DNA from: an uncultured bacterium
Lineage (GTDB): Bacteria > Edwardsbacteria > AC1 > EtOH8
Assembly (NCBI GenBank): GCA_963780225.1
Contig: CAWAAX010000011.1
Span: 64,001-128,000, forward strand
Direction of reading: 5' to 3'
DNA length: 64,000 nucleotides
The translations under genes were made by a program, and so were the position numbers. Shown one piece after another: positions 9,869 to 20,013 of the stretch. Position 1 is the stretch's first letter. Each line of letters begins with the position of its first letter. Below the pieces are notes generated by a model, which was not told the origin of the DNA, ran no database searches, and saw nothing but the letters and a program-made list of their open reading frames with translations.

Positions 9869-10318
9869 CTATCTTTTAGAAGTCATTGCCTCTTCCCGCC
9901 AAAGAGTCCCTTTGTTGCCCTTCACAGTTAAATCTGGCCGCCGTTTCCCGGATTTTTGTTCCCGGATGGCGGCTAAGGCCAAAGAGAGCAATTTTATCCT
10001 TTTATCTTTATCGTCCAAGCACTGTTTAAGCAATTTAAGTATCTCGGTTTTTTTTATATCGGCGCTGGGAAGATACCAATTCTCGCCTTTCTTTTTTACT
10101 CGCTGTAGCATTTTACACTCAACTAATTGTTCCAGGCAACAGGTGATTTCATCCTGGCTTTTACCCAACAACTTGGAAATGCTTTTAGGGGTTTCTTGCG
10201 AGTTGGGTTGGCGGGCATAATGCAAAATAATATCCAACGCAGTAAAACTATGTATCGATCGTTGGATGAAGTTTCCTAAATCTTTATTTTCATTAATGCT
10301 ATGCATTGTTATTTTCAT
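9869..10318 (-). CDS. hypothetical protein, possible winged HTH
   Basis: 'TPKSISKLLGKSQDEITCCLEQLVECKML' resembles an HTH plus wing; AT-rich. Confidence 0.55.
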   Translation of the reverse strand: MKITMHSINENKDLGNFIQRSIHSFTALDIILHYARQPNSQETPKSISKLLGKSQDEITCCLEQLVECKMLQRVKKKGENWYLPSADIKKTEILKLLKQCLDDKDKRIKLLSLALAAIREQKSGKRRPDLTVKGNKGTLWREEAMTSKR

Positions 10319-10657
10319 AAATGTACTAAATGATGACCTAATTAACTCAGCAAGTCCACGGTATTATTTTACGTAATCATAAAATAATCGTTGTATTCAT
10401 TAAAGACCAAAGAACCGCCTATTCCCACAAAAGCAGGAATCTAATAAATAACGCCTGCCTTTTAAGATATAAAAGCAATCTGTTGTATCTTATTGAAATA
10501 TAAGATATTATTGTAAACCTAGTGATTATTTTTCTCAGTTTATGATATTGTTGTTTAAAGTTCTTAATGCATTTTCTATACCTGTTTTATTTTGTATTTT
10601 TATATCCCATATATACTTCATTTTCAACGAGTTATACTGTTGAATGTTATTCTTCAG

Positions 10658-10756
10658 TAAATACCCCAAGGTGTAAATTTTACACTTTCAATCTCTTAAG
10701 ACTATATATATCAACTTATTATGGCAAAGTGTAAAATTTACACCTTGGGGTATTTA
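10658..10756. repeat. perfect 31-bp inverted repeat with 37-bp spacer
   Basis: taaataccccaaggtgtaaattttacacttt (10658-10688) and its exact reverse complement (10726-10756). Confidence 0.95.
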
Positions 10757-10762
10757 TTTGCA

Positions 10763-10800
10763 CATAAAAAGGCCTTAACCTAAGTTAAGGCCTTTTTATG
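10763..10800. terminator. rho-independent terminator
   Basis: cataaaaaggccttaac-ctaa-gttaaggcctttttatg just downstream of the sigma-54 activator. Confidence 0.85.
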
Positions 10801-10836
10801 GAGCGCTTTAAAAAACTATCGTCTTATATTACTACC

Positions 10837-12348
10837 TCATGACTCCAGGCGGCGGGGCCGGATAATGTTCAGTTCCCTTAAGAGCCGGGAAAGATAGGAT
10901 GGCTGAATGTCCAAAACTTTTGCGGTTTTTCTTTGGTTCCAGCCATTCGCCTCCAGCGCTTTTAACATGTATTCCCGCTTGAATACGTCCTGTGCACTGT
11001 CCCAGGTCAAAGTAGGCGGGATGCCGTCACTGGTGGTGGTATCGTCCATCAGCCGGGGAAGGTTCTGCAGGGTTATGGTTTGCCCTGAACTGAGCATCAC
11101 CGCTCTCTCTATCGCATTCTGCAGTTCGCGGATGTTTCCCGGCCAGGAATAACTTTGCATGGCTTTCTCTGCCTCTTCAGTGAATCCGCGCACCTGCTTT
11201 TTGGTTTCCCGGCCAAAACGTTCCAGAAATTGCCCGGCCAGAACCGGGATGTCCTCCGTCCTTTGACGCAAAGGAGGCAGAAATATCTGGAACACGTTCA
11301 ACCGGTAATAAAGATCCTCCCGGAACAATCCGGACTTCACCATTTGCAGTAGGTCCTTGTTGGTGGCGGCGATGATCCTGACATCCACTTTGATGGTTTC
11401 GCTACTGCCCAGACGCTCGAATTCCCTCTCCTGCAAAACTCTCAGGATCTTGGCCTGGATGGCCTGGGGCAGGTCCCCCACTTCATCCAGGAAGATTGTG
11501 CCGCCGGCCGCCATTTCAAACCGGCCTTTGTGCCGGCAGCTGGCTCCGGTAAAGGCGCCCTTCTCGTGGCCGAACAACTCGGATTCCAGCAGTTCCACCG
11601 GGATGGCGGCGCTGTTGACGGCCACAAAAGCCTTTTCGGCCCGAGGGCTTTGGTAATGGATGAATCGGGCCAGCAGTTCCTTGCCGGTCCCGTTCTCGCC
11701 CTGCAGCAGTACCGTGGTGTTTCCGGAGGCCACCTTGCGGGCCAGCCCCAGCACCTCTTCCACCGCCTGGCTTTTGCCGGTGATGGTATAGCGGCTGGCC
11801 AGCTCGTCGCGCAGCTGGATGTTCTCGTCCTTCAAGCGGCTGTATTTGTAGGCATTTTCCAGCACCTGGGCCGCCAGATCAGCGAATTTCAAAAGCAATT
11901 CCTGGTCCTGCTGGCCAAACTGCTGGCCGTCCTTTTTATTCAACACCTCTATCACGCCGATGGTCTGCCCTCCGGACAACAGCGGCACGCATAACAGGGA
12001 CTTGGTGGTAAATTTGGTCTCCTCGTCGATGCCCTTCCAGCGTTCGTCTTGTTCGGCTTGATTCACAATCTGGGGTTTTTGCTCCCGGGCCACCCAGCCG
12101 GCGATCCCCTGACCCATGGGGATAGGAAGTTTTTTCAGTTCCTCCGAAACCTCGCCAGTGGCATGGGCAAAATGCAGGTTCTGGGTGGCCTGGTCCAGCA
12201 GCAGAAGCGAGCTGGCCTCGGCCACAGTCAGTGTTTTGGCCGACTCTATGATGATGTCCAACAGCTGGCTTTGATCCAGGGTGGATGAAAGCGATTTGCT
12301 GAAAGACAGCAAAAATTCCAGCTCCTGGCGGGATTTTTGGTCGTTCAT
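10837..12348 (-). CDS. GAF-domain sigma-54-dependent Fis-family activator
   Basis: GAF domain, GENGTGKE, ESELFGHEKGAFTGA, FLDEVG, WPGNIREL, C-terminal HTH. Start set at MNDQK. Confidence 0.95.
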   Translation of the reverse strand: MNDQKSRQELEFLLSFSKSLSSTLDQSQLLDIIIESAKTLTVAEASSLLLLDQATQNLHFAHATGEVSEELKKLPIPMGQGIAGWVAREQKPQIVNQAEQDERWKGIDEETKFTTKSLLCVPLLSGGQTIGVIEVLNKKDGQQFGQQDQELLLKFADLAAQVLENAYKYSRLKDENIQLRDELASRYTITGKSQAVEEVLGLARKVASGNTTVLLQGENGTGKELLARFIHYQSPRAEKAFVAVNSAAIPVELLESELFGHEKGAFTGASCRHKGRFEMAAGGTIFLDEVGDLPQAIQAKILRVLQEREFERLGSSETIKVDVRIIAATNKDLLQMVKSGLFREDLYYRLNVFQIFLPPLRQRTEDIPVLAGQFLERFGRETKKQVRGFTEEAEKAMQSYSWPGNIRELQNAIERAVMLSSGQTITLQNLPRLMDDTTTSDGIPPTLTWDSAQDVFKREYMLKALEANGWNQRKTAKVLDIQPSYLSRLLRELNIIRPRRLES

Positions 12349-12550
12349 GGGTTTTATATCCTTTTTGTAATATTTTCTTACCCAATGATAACAGCGATAT
12401 ATATGCTTGTCAAGGGGGTGGGTATCCATAAAAATTACAGGGTTTATGTTTACATTGCTGTTTTTCATCTATAGCGCTTTTTATTTGCAAAGTTACCGGA
12501 AAAAGTGATATGATTACCGGAAAGAAAAGCCTATCAATAAATTTATATTT

Positions 12551-14551
12551 ATGAGCAAGTTAAACGATCAGCAATATCAACAAGCCGCCGATACTCTGCG
12601 AATGCTGGCGGTGGACGCGGTGGAGCAGGCCAACTCCGGCCATCCCGGTCTTCCGATGGGCGCGGCGGATTTTGCCTTTGTGCTGTGGCACGACTTTTTG
12701 CGGTTCAACCCCAAAGACCCCAAGTGGCCTGGACGGGACCGTTTCATCCTATCGGCCGGCCACGGCTCGGCCCTGCTGTACGGGCTGCTGCATCTTTTCG
12801 GATACGATGTCTCACTGGAAGAACTTAAGAATTTTCGCCAGTGGGGAAGTTTGACCCCGGGCCATCCCGAAGCCGGGCACACCCCGGGAGTGGAGGTGAC
12901 CACCGGCCCGCTGGGACAGGGATTTGCCAACGGCGTGGGCATGGCCCTGGCCCAGAAGATGGCTACCGCCCGGTTGGGGCTTGACCGGCAGAAAATTCTT
13001 GATCATTACATTTATGCCCTGGTTTCGGACGGAGACCTGATGGAAGGCATTTCTTCCGAAGCGGCCTCGCTGGCCGGACATTTGAAGCTTGGTAACATCA
13101 TCTATATTTATGACGACAACCGCATCACCATTGACGGCCGGACGGATGTAAGCTTTTCCGAGGACGTGGGCGCCCGGTTCAAGGCCCTGGGCTGGCATAC
13201 CCAGGCCATCGACGGCCACGATCATCAGGCCATTAACAAGGCGATCAAGAAAGCCCAAAAGATTTCGGACAAACCTTCGCTGATCCTGGCCCGGACCCAC
13301 ATAGCCCAAGGCAGCCCCAACAAACATGATCTTTCATCGGCCCACGGCTCGCCGCTGGGAAAGGACGAAGTGGCCGCCACCCGCCAGAACCTGGGCTGGC
13401 CCCAGCAGGCGTTTTACATACCGGACGAAGTGAGATCGGTCTGCCAGAAGAAGGTCTCCCGGAATAAACGGGAATACAACAAGTGGCAGAAGGATCTTGC
13501 CGCATGGAGATTGCAGACCCCGGAAAAGGCAGGCCTGTGGGACCAGCTGGAGAAAAAAGAGATCCCCGCGGACATTTACGGCATTTTATCATCCGCCATT
13601 AAAGCCGAACCGGCAGCCACCCGCAGTCTTTCCGGTGAGATGATCCAGAAGATAGCCGGGATCGTTCCTTCCCTGGCGGGCGGTTCGGCCGATCTGGCCG
13701 GCTCCACTAATTCCGGCATCAAGGGCTCGGCCCATGTTTCGGCGGAAGATTTCAGCGGACGCAATATCCATTTCGGCATCCGGGAACACGCCATGGGAGC
13801 CATGATGAACGGAATGTCGCTTTACGGATTTTTCATCCCCTTCGGCTCCACCTTTCTGGTGTTCTCGGATTACTGCCGCCCGGCCATCCGTCTTTCGGCG
13901 CTGATGAAACTGCCGGCAGTTTACATTTTCACCCACGACTCTTTTTATGTGGGCGAGGACGGACCCACCCACCAGCCTATCGAACATGTTTCAGCTTTAA
14001 GGCTGATACCCAACCTGCAGGTGATCCGGCCGGCCGACGCCCTGGAGACCGCCGCCGCCTGGACTCTGGCCCTGCAGAAGAAGGACGGCCCGACCGCCCT
14101 GGTCCTGACCCGGCAGAAACTTCCGGTGATAGAGCGTTCAAAGGGATTTGATTCCGGCGATGTTCTGCGAGGAGGCTATAAAGTTTGTAGCTTCGGACAG
14201 GGCCGCAAAATTACGCTGATGGCCAGCGGCTCGGAGACGGGCCTGGCGGTGGAATCCGCCAAACTGCTGGCTTCGCAGGGACTGGAGATCTCCGTGGTCT
14301 CGGTGCCCTGCCTGGAGCTGTTTTTAGAGCAAAGCAAAGAATACCGCAAATCAGTCATTCCTGCCGGCTCCCTGAAAGTGGCGCTGGAGGCCGGACGGGG
14401 CGCGCTGTGGCGGCAGGTGATCGGCGAAGACGGCCTGTTCATAGGCATCGAGCATTTCGGCGCCAGCGCCCCGGACGAGGTTTTGGCCAAGGAGTTCGGG
14501 TTTACGGCGGAGCAGATGGCTAATAAGATAACAGCGTTTATCGAGAAGTAA
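12551..14551 (+). CDS. tkt: transketolase
   Basis: SGHPGLPMG, RDRFILSAGH, TTGPLGQG, GDLMEG, GEDGPTHQP. Confidence 0.98.
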   Translation: MSKLNDQQYQQAADTLRMLAVDAVEQANSGHPGLPMGAADFAFVLWHDFLRFNPKDPKWPGRDRFILSAGHGSALLYGLLHLFGYDVSLEELKNFRQWGSLTPGHPEAGHTPGVEVTTGPLGQGFANGVGMALAQKMATARLGLDRQKILDHYIYALVSDGDLMEGISSEAASLAGHLKLGNIIYIYDDNRITIDGRTDVSFSEDVGARFKALGWHTQAIDGHDHQAINKAIKKAQKISDKPSLILARTHIAQGSPNKHDLSSAHGSPLGKDEVAATRQNLGWPQQAFYIPDEVRSVCQKKVSRNKREYNKWQKDLAAWRLQTPEKAGLWDQLEKKEIPADIYGILSSAIKAEPAATRSLSGEMIQKIAGIVPSLAGGSADLAGSTNSGIKGSAHVSAEDFSGRNIHFGIREHAMGAMMNGMSLYGFFIPFGSTFLVFSDYCRPAIRLSALMKLPAVYIFTHDSFYVGEDGPTHQPIEHVSALRLIPNLQVIRPADALETAAAWTLALQKKDGPTALVLTRQKLPVIERSKGFDSGDVLRGGYKVCSFGQGRKITLMASGSETGLAVESAKLLASQGLEISVVSVPCLELFLEQSKEYRKSVIPAGSLKVALEAGRGALWRQVIGEDGLFIGIEHFGASAPDEVLAKEFGFTAEQMANKITAFIEK

Positions 14552-14555
14552 ATCA

Positions 14556-14954
14556 ATGAAATTCTATGTCGCCGCCTATATCCGCGAGAAAAAACGGGTG
14601 AGGGAAATTATTCGGCAGCTTCAAAAGCAAGGTCACAAAATTACTGTTGACTGGACGAGCGGCCGTGTTACCTCAATCCCGAACAGGGATAAAGATTCAA
14701 AACGGATACGGGAAATTGCTGTCAGAGATATGAAAGGCGTGCGGAATTGCGACGTATTCATTATTCTCTCCACGCCAGTGGCTGGGCGCGCCAAATATGT
14801 TGAGCTGGGTGCGGCCATCTCGTCTTTTTTGGAGAAAGGAAGACCAAGAATATATGTACTGGGAGAAAAAACAGATCAATCTGTATTCTACTATCATCCA
14901 ACGGTGAAACGAGTGCGGAGTTTAGAGGATATTATCAAAGATATCCGTAATTAG
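14556..14954 (+). CDS. nucleoside 2-deoxyribosyltransferase-like protein
   Basis: KFYVAA, 'RD..GV..CD', 'VELGAA' pattern. Confidence 0.65.
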   Translation: MKFYVAAYIREKKRVREIIRQLQKQGHKITVDWTSGRVTSIPNRDKDSKRIREIAVRDMKGVRNCDVFIILSTPVAGRAKYVELGAAISSFLEKGRPRIYVLGEKTDQSVFYYHPTVKRVRSLEDIIKDIRN

Positions 14955-15035
14955 GGTTCGTCATTCCGGCATAAAAGCTTGGCCGATTTACGGGAAACAT
15001 CAATATAAATTGATACCCGGAAGGAAAGTAGCATT

Positions 15036-15560
15036 ATGTACACCATAACTCTGCTTTTATTGCTTACTGCCGGACAGGTCTTGGCAGAATTACCTGCCCT
15101 TCAGACCGTCCCCAAGGTTGACCTGAACCGCTACCTGGGAACCTGGTACGAGATCGCCACCATCCCCCAGCGCTTCCAGAAGGGCTGCACCGGGGTCACC
15201 GCCACCTACAGCCTGCGCCCGGACGGAAAGATAGACGTGCTTAACCAATGCTACAAGGATTCCCTGAATGGAAAGCACAAACAGGTGCATGGCAAGGCCT
15301 GGGTGGTTGACAAAGAGACCAATGCCAAACTTAAAGTCCAGTTCTTCTGGCCCTTCTCCGGGGCCTATTGGGTAATAGAGTTGGATTCCGTTGGGTACCA
15401 GTATGCCGTGGTAGGACACCCCAACCGCGATTACCTGTGGATACTCTGCCGGACCCCGGAGATGGATGAGGGGTTGTATGGGGATCTTTTGAGGCGGTTG
15501 CAGGAAGTCCATGGTTATGACCTCTCTAACCTTAAAAAGACTCCGCAAAAAACAGACTGA
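15036..15560 (+). CDS. blc: lipocalin (Blc family)
   Basis: VDLNRYLGTWYEIA, KLKVQFFWPF, YLWILCRTP. Confidence 0.92.
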   Translation: MYTITLLLLLTAGQVLAELPALQTVPKVDLNRYLGTWYEIATIPQRFQKGCTGVTATYSLRPDGKIDVLNQCYKDSLNGKHKQVHGKAWVVDKETNAKLKVQFFWPFSGAYWVIELDSVGYQYAVVGHPNRDYLWILCRTPEMDEGLYGDLLRRLQEVHGYDLSNLKKTPQKTD

Positions 15561-15609
15561 ATCCTTGAAAAATGAAACGGCAGGGCTCTTTTTATCTACC
15601 GCCAGATCT

Positions 15610-15644
15610 AATGCCTTCTCGCAATATGCGGGAAGGCATTTTTA
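15610..15644 (+). terminator. rho-independent terminator
   Basis: aatgccttctcgc-aatat-gcgggaaggcatt followed by a T tract. Confidence 0.7.
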
Positions 15645-15835
15645 TTTAAATATGTTTTTAGTTGTTGACATTACACTTAAAATGTGTTAATTTTATTTGA
15701 TTATAACCTGTTTGTTCTAAAAGGGTTTGCAACAATTAAATACCACTTTTAATGAGACTTTGGTCTGTGATACTTCTAACTTAAAAATAATAATTATATT
15801 TATCCCTTCATAAATTTGGACGGGGAGGTATTTTC

Positions 15836-17503
15836 ATGAAAAGAAAATTATTTCTATCCTTGTCACTGGGACTGGCGGCTTCGATTGCCGTGGCCACCCA
15901 GCTCCCCTTATTGGGTGGTCCGGGGCTTGTGCACCTGCAGTCGGCCAAGGCGGGACCAGTGATCGGTTACCGCAGTCTGGCCGCCATATCCTCATATTAC
16001 AACCAGACCTTCTACGGCCTGCAGGGAACGGATGACGAATTTACCGATCTCTGGAATTACAATTCCATAAGCTATTCGCCGCTGCCAGGGCTGGCGGTGC
16101 TCGGCAACGGACTGATCCACGCCGAACAATGGACGGTCTACAGCCAGGCCGCACCCGCGCAAACCATCGATAAATCGCTGGGCTGCCCCGGCGACGCAAT
16201 AGTGGCCCTTAAATACCAGTGGGACTTGCAAAAAGGCCGTTGGGACCTGGGGCTGATGCCCATGGTCACCATACCCATGAGCCGCACCAAATACCAGGAC
16301 TCTCCATCGCAAAGCGGCAAGCTGGATTTTGGGGGAAAGATTTTGACTGATTTCAATTACACCAATCTGACGGTTTTAGTGAACGCCGGATTTTTAACCC
16401 GGGGCGAGGAACGCCCTCAGTTGCCCCTGGGCTTGGGGTTAGAGTACGGCTTCAGCCCAAAATTCTCGGCCTTTCTTGAAGCCTCGGCCGAACTGCGGAT
16501 GGGCGCCCAAAAAGATTCTTTGACCGACGACCAGATTTTAAGAGGACGGGGGGCCGACCGCAATGAGATCCGGGTCACTCCGGGGTTGCGCTTTGCCCCG
16601 GCCTCATTTTTGGGATTGAACCTGGCCTGTGATATAGGACTAAGCCGAGCCACGGCTCCTTGGCTGGTCGTCATCGGTCTCGATTTTCCGGCGGCGGCAG
16701 GCAGATTACTGTTGACTCCGCTGTGGGAAGCGGTGGCCGGCATTATTAAGGACAATTCTTCCGGGGCGCCCATCAAGGGCATCATCTCCTTCCCCGGCCA
16801 GGACATACCAGCCATCAGCAGTGATGCTTCCGGTAACTACCGGCTCCAGCTAAAGTCAGGGCATTACAAGGTGCAGGTTAAGGCCGATGGTTACCGCACC
16901 ATCACCCGGGAGATGGAAGTAAAGACCGGACAGGATACCGGTTGGGAATTAGGTCTCAACAAAAAACTGGGGCAGTTGACTCTTATGGTTACCGATGCCT
17001 CCGGAAAAATACCCCTGCGGGCTTCGCTGTCTTTTGGCAGCGGCTCCCAGCAGCCCTACAGCACTGATCCGGTTTCGGGCCAATACCAGGCCCGGCTGGT
17101 TCCTGGAAATTATACCTTGACGGTAGGCGCTCCCGGCTATATCTCCCAAAATGTAACCCTGGCCATCAATGATAAGGAAGATTTACAACAGAACGTTTCG
17201 CTGCAGCCGCTGGTTCTGGCGCCGGTTCCGCCCATGCCGGTGACCCCGTCAGTAATCTCCGCTCAAGCCAAACCGAAACCTGCAGCGGCCAAACCCGCGA
17301 AGGCAACTGTCCCGGCCGCTCCCAAAATGTCGGCCGAAGAAGTTACTGCGCTTTACAAAAAGGGGGTTCAGCAATTCATGAACGAAGAATATGCCCCGGC
17401 CGAAAAAACTTTTAAGCAGGTCCTAGCCGCAGATCCCGGACACGCCAAGGCCAAGGACTATCTAGGCAAGACCAGGGACCGCCTGAAAAAGGCAAAGGGA
17501 TGA
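15836..17503 (+). CDS. putative outer-membrane beta-barrel with carboxypeptidase-regulatory-like domains and C-terminal TPR (paralog 1)
   Basis: Signal peptide, amphipathic beta strands, 'G.Y.V.V.A.GY' repeats, Pro/Ala linker, TPR-like tail. Confidence 0.7.
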   Translation: MKRKLFLSLSLGLAASIAVATQLPLLGGPGLVHLQSAKAGPVIGYRSLAAISSYYNQTFYGLQGTDDEFTDLWNYNSISYSPLPGLAVLGNGLIHAEQWTVYSQAAPAQTIDKSLGCPGDAIVALKYQWDLQKGRWDLGLMPMVTIPMSRTKYQDSPSQSGKLDFGGKILTDFNYTNLTVLVNAGFLTRGEERPQLPLGLGLEYGFSPKFSAFLEASAELRMGAQKDSLTDDQILRGRGADRNEIRVTPGLRFAPASFLGLNLACDIGLSRATAPWLVVIGLDFPAAAGRLLLTPLWEAVAGIIKDNSSGAPIKGIISFPGQDIPAISSDASGNYRLQLKSGHYKVQVKADGYRTITREMEVKTGQDTGWELGLNKKLGQLTLMVTDASGKIPLRASLSFGSGSQQPYSTDPVSGQYQARLVPGNYTLTVGAPGYISQNVTLAINDKEDLQQNVSLQPLVLAPVPPMPVTPSVISAQAKPKPAAAKPAKATVPAAPKMSAEEVTALYKKGVQQFMNEEYAPAEKTFKQVLAADPGHAKAKDYLGKTRDRLKKAKG

Positions 17504-17597
17504 TCCATCCCTATCCCTGGGGTCAGCAGGCTCCCGATCCATCGATAGATTTCCCGAAACGTCCCGTAACCCAAGGATACAAACATTTGGGGGATAC

Positions 17598-19313
17598 ATG
17601 AAAAGGCAATTAATTTTACTGGCTCTGCTGTTTTTATGGGCCGCTCTGGCCGGAGCCGCCCGTTACCCGCTCTTCGGGGGTCCGGGACTGATCCATCTGC
17701 AGTCGGCCAAGACCGGGATCGGATATGGCGGGCGCAGCCTGGCGGCTATGACCTCCTACTCCGGACAGAACTACTACGGCCTTTCCGGGTATCAGGATTC
17801 TTTTCTTGACGCCTGGAGTTTTAACACCCTGTATTATGTGCCGGTAAAGAACCTTTCCCTGATGGCGGCCGGAGTGGGCCATGCCGAACAATGGACGGTA
17901 GCGGTGCAGGATAGTGCTGTGGCGGATAAGAGCCTGGGCTGCCCCGGCGATGCGGTGGTGGCTGTAAAATACTGCCTGTCTCTGTTGGAGGGAAAAATGG
18001 ACCTGGGCTTTATGCCCACCCTGTCCATTCCAATGAACAAGGAGCAATACCAGGACGGACCTTCCCAGACCGGCAAATTGGACATCGGAGCTAAGGTCCT
18101 GACCGACATCAATCTTAACCAAACTACTGTGTTCATCAACGCCGGATACCTGTCACGGGGAGAAGAGAGACCCCAGCTGCCCTTCGGGGCCGGAGCTGAA
18201 TATTCCTTCAGGGAAAATTTTTCGGCCTTCCTGGAAACCTCTGGCGAGTACCGGCTGGGAGCCCAAAAAGACTCCACCCCTGATGACCTGGTCTTACGGG
18301 GCCGGGGGGCAGACCGAACCGAATTGAGGGTAACGCCCGGCCTTAGGTATTCCCCCCTGCCTTTCTTGGGCCTTAATCTAGCCTGCGACATCGGGCTGAC
18401 CAAGGCCGCCGCTCCCTGGCAGTTGATATTGGGTTTTGATTTTCCGGCAGCCGCCGGCAAAGCCATCTCCGGACCGGTCGGCGGCGCGGTGGCCGGCCTG
18501 ATCAAGGACCGCGAGACCGGCGTTCCCATGAAGGGCATGATCACCTTCCCCGGCTCCGATCTGCCGGGGCTGGTCAGCAACGAGGCTGGAGATTACCAGG
18601 CCAAGCTGCCTCCGGGCGAGTACAAGGTTCACATCTACGCCAACGGCTACCGCTGGCTGGAGCGCAAGATAAATGTCAAGGAAGGCAAGGTTGAGAAATG
18701 GGACCTGACCCTTAAGCGGAAGACCGCCGGCTTCAAGGGCAAGGTAGTGGACCGGGCCTCGGGCCAGCCTTTGCCGGCCACCGTTTCCTTTAACAGCAGC
18801 CGGGCCGGTGATGTCAGCGTCGATCCCACCACCGGACAGTTCGGCACGGTGGTTCCTCCGGGGAAATATAAAATATCGGTAAACCTGGAGGGGTACCGGA
18901 GCTTTGAAGAAGAATTGACCCTCAAGGACAAGGCCGAGACCGAGCGCCAGATAACGCTGGAGAAAGAGATAGTGGCGGCGGCCATGCCTCCGGCTCCTGT
19001 CTCCGGCAAAAAGACCAAAACGCCGTCGGCTCAGCCTCCAGCTCTGGTTGCCTACCAACCTCCGGCTCCCGCTGCTCCCGCGGTCCCGGCGAAGGAAAAG
19101 CCAAAATCCGCCGCCAAACCGGCTCCCAAACCGTCCAAGATGTCTGCCGAGGAAGTGACCGCGCTCTATAAAAAAGGCGTTCAACAGTTTATGAACGAGG
19201 AATACTCTGCGGCCGAAAAGACCTTCAAACAAGTGCTGGTAGCTGATCCCGGCCATGCCAAGGCCAAGGAATATCTGAGCAAGACCCGGGACCGTTTAAA
19301 AAAGAGTAAGTAG
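17598..19313 (+). CDS. putative outer-membrane beta-barrel with carboxypeptidase-regulatory-like domains and C-terminal TPR (paralog 2)
   Basis: Collinear with the upstream gene: GGPGL.HLQSAK, DKSLGCPGDA, RGRGADR and a near-identical tail. Confidence 0.7.
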   Translation: MKRQLILLALLFLWAALAGAARYPLFGGPGLIHLQSAKTGIGYGGRSLAAMTSYSGQNYYGLSGYQDSFLDAWSFNTLYYVPVKNLSLMAAGVGHAEQWTVAVQDSAVADKSLGCPGDAVVAVKYCLSLLEGKMDLGFMPTLSIPMNKEQYQDGPSQTGKLDIGAKVLTDINLNQTTVFINAGYLSRGEERPQLPFGAGAEYSFRENFSAFLETSGEYRLGAQKDSTPDDLVLRGRGADRTELRVTPGLRYSPLPFLGLNLACDIGLTKAAAPWQLILGFDFPAAAGKAISGPVGGAVAGLIKDRETGVPMKGMITFPGSDLPGLVSNEAGDYQAKLPPGEYKVHIYANGYRWLERKINVKEGKVEKWDLTLKRKTAGFKGKVVDRASGQPLPATVSFNSSRAGDVSVDPTTGQFGTVVPPGKYKISVNLEGYRSFEEELTLKDKAETERQITLEKEIVAAAMPPAPVSGKKTKTPSAQPPALVAYQPPAPAAPAVPAKEKPKSAAKPAPKPSKMSAEEVTALYKKGVQQFMNEEYSAAEKTFKQVLVADPGHAKAKEYLSKTRDRLKKSK

Positions 19314-19434
19314 CCTTAAACTTTTACATTCTATGCAATCCGCATGGGATAATTTGAACCGCGAAGACGCCAAGGCCTCCAAGGATAATTTAACTTCTCT
19401 ATTTGACCTTGCGTTTTTCTGATTAGGTGGAACA

Positions 19435-19905
19435 ATGAACAAATCATTTCTAACCGGACTTCTTTGGGCCGCTCTGACACTTTTGGCCGGCAATGTTCTT
19501 GCTCAGCAGGCCGACTTTAAGAAGGACAATTTTTACCTGGGTCAAAACCAGCAGCTGGAGATCGAGATCCATGTCTGGGGCGAGGTCAACACCCCAGGAG
19601 TCTACCGGGTTCCGGACGGCTCCACCGTGCTGGATGTGATCTCCAAGGCCGGCGGGCCGACTCAATATGCGGCTTTGGGCCGGGTCAAGATCTCGCACGC
19701 CCTGGGGCAGACGCCCCGCACCGAAAAAATTAATCTGGATAAGTACCTGAACAATGAACGGGCTGAGACCCTGATCGTGATGCGGCCCGGAGATGCGGTG
19801 ATGGTGCCCCGCAACGCCCGCTTTTTCTGGAAGGACGCGATCTCTTTTGTGGCAGATATGGCGGTCATCGCCAACGTCTACTATCTTATTTCCCGGAACC
19901 GCTAA
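19435..19905 (+). CDS. SLBB-domain polysaccharide export protein (short Wza/OPX-like)
   Basis: VWGEVNTPGVY, AGGP, PGD.V.VP; directly upstream of wzc. Confidence 0.85.
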   Translation: MNKSFLTGLLWAALTLLAGNVLAQQADFKKDNFYLGQNQQLEIEIHVWGEVNTPGVYRVPDGSTVLDVISKAGGPTQYAALGRVKISHALGQTPRTEKINLDKYLNNERAETLIVMRPGDAVMVPRNARFFWKDAISFVADMAVIANVYYLISRNR

Positions 19906-20013
19906 GCGGGCAACCGGTGGCAGAAGCGGATCGATTTTTCCGGCCGAAGCGGAACATGTCTCCGTGTTTAGCGTCCCAAAGATACCTGCCTTTTCGCTAA
20001 TTTTTTAACGCCT

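Noticed and set aside
10671..10685. TyrR box or NifA UAS in the inverted repeat arms
   Set aside because: TGTAAA-N1-TTTACA fits neither the N6 (TyrR) nor the TGT-N10-ACA (NifA) spacing, and no -24/-12 promoter was found
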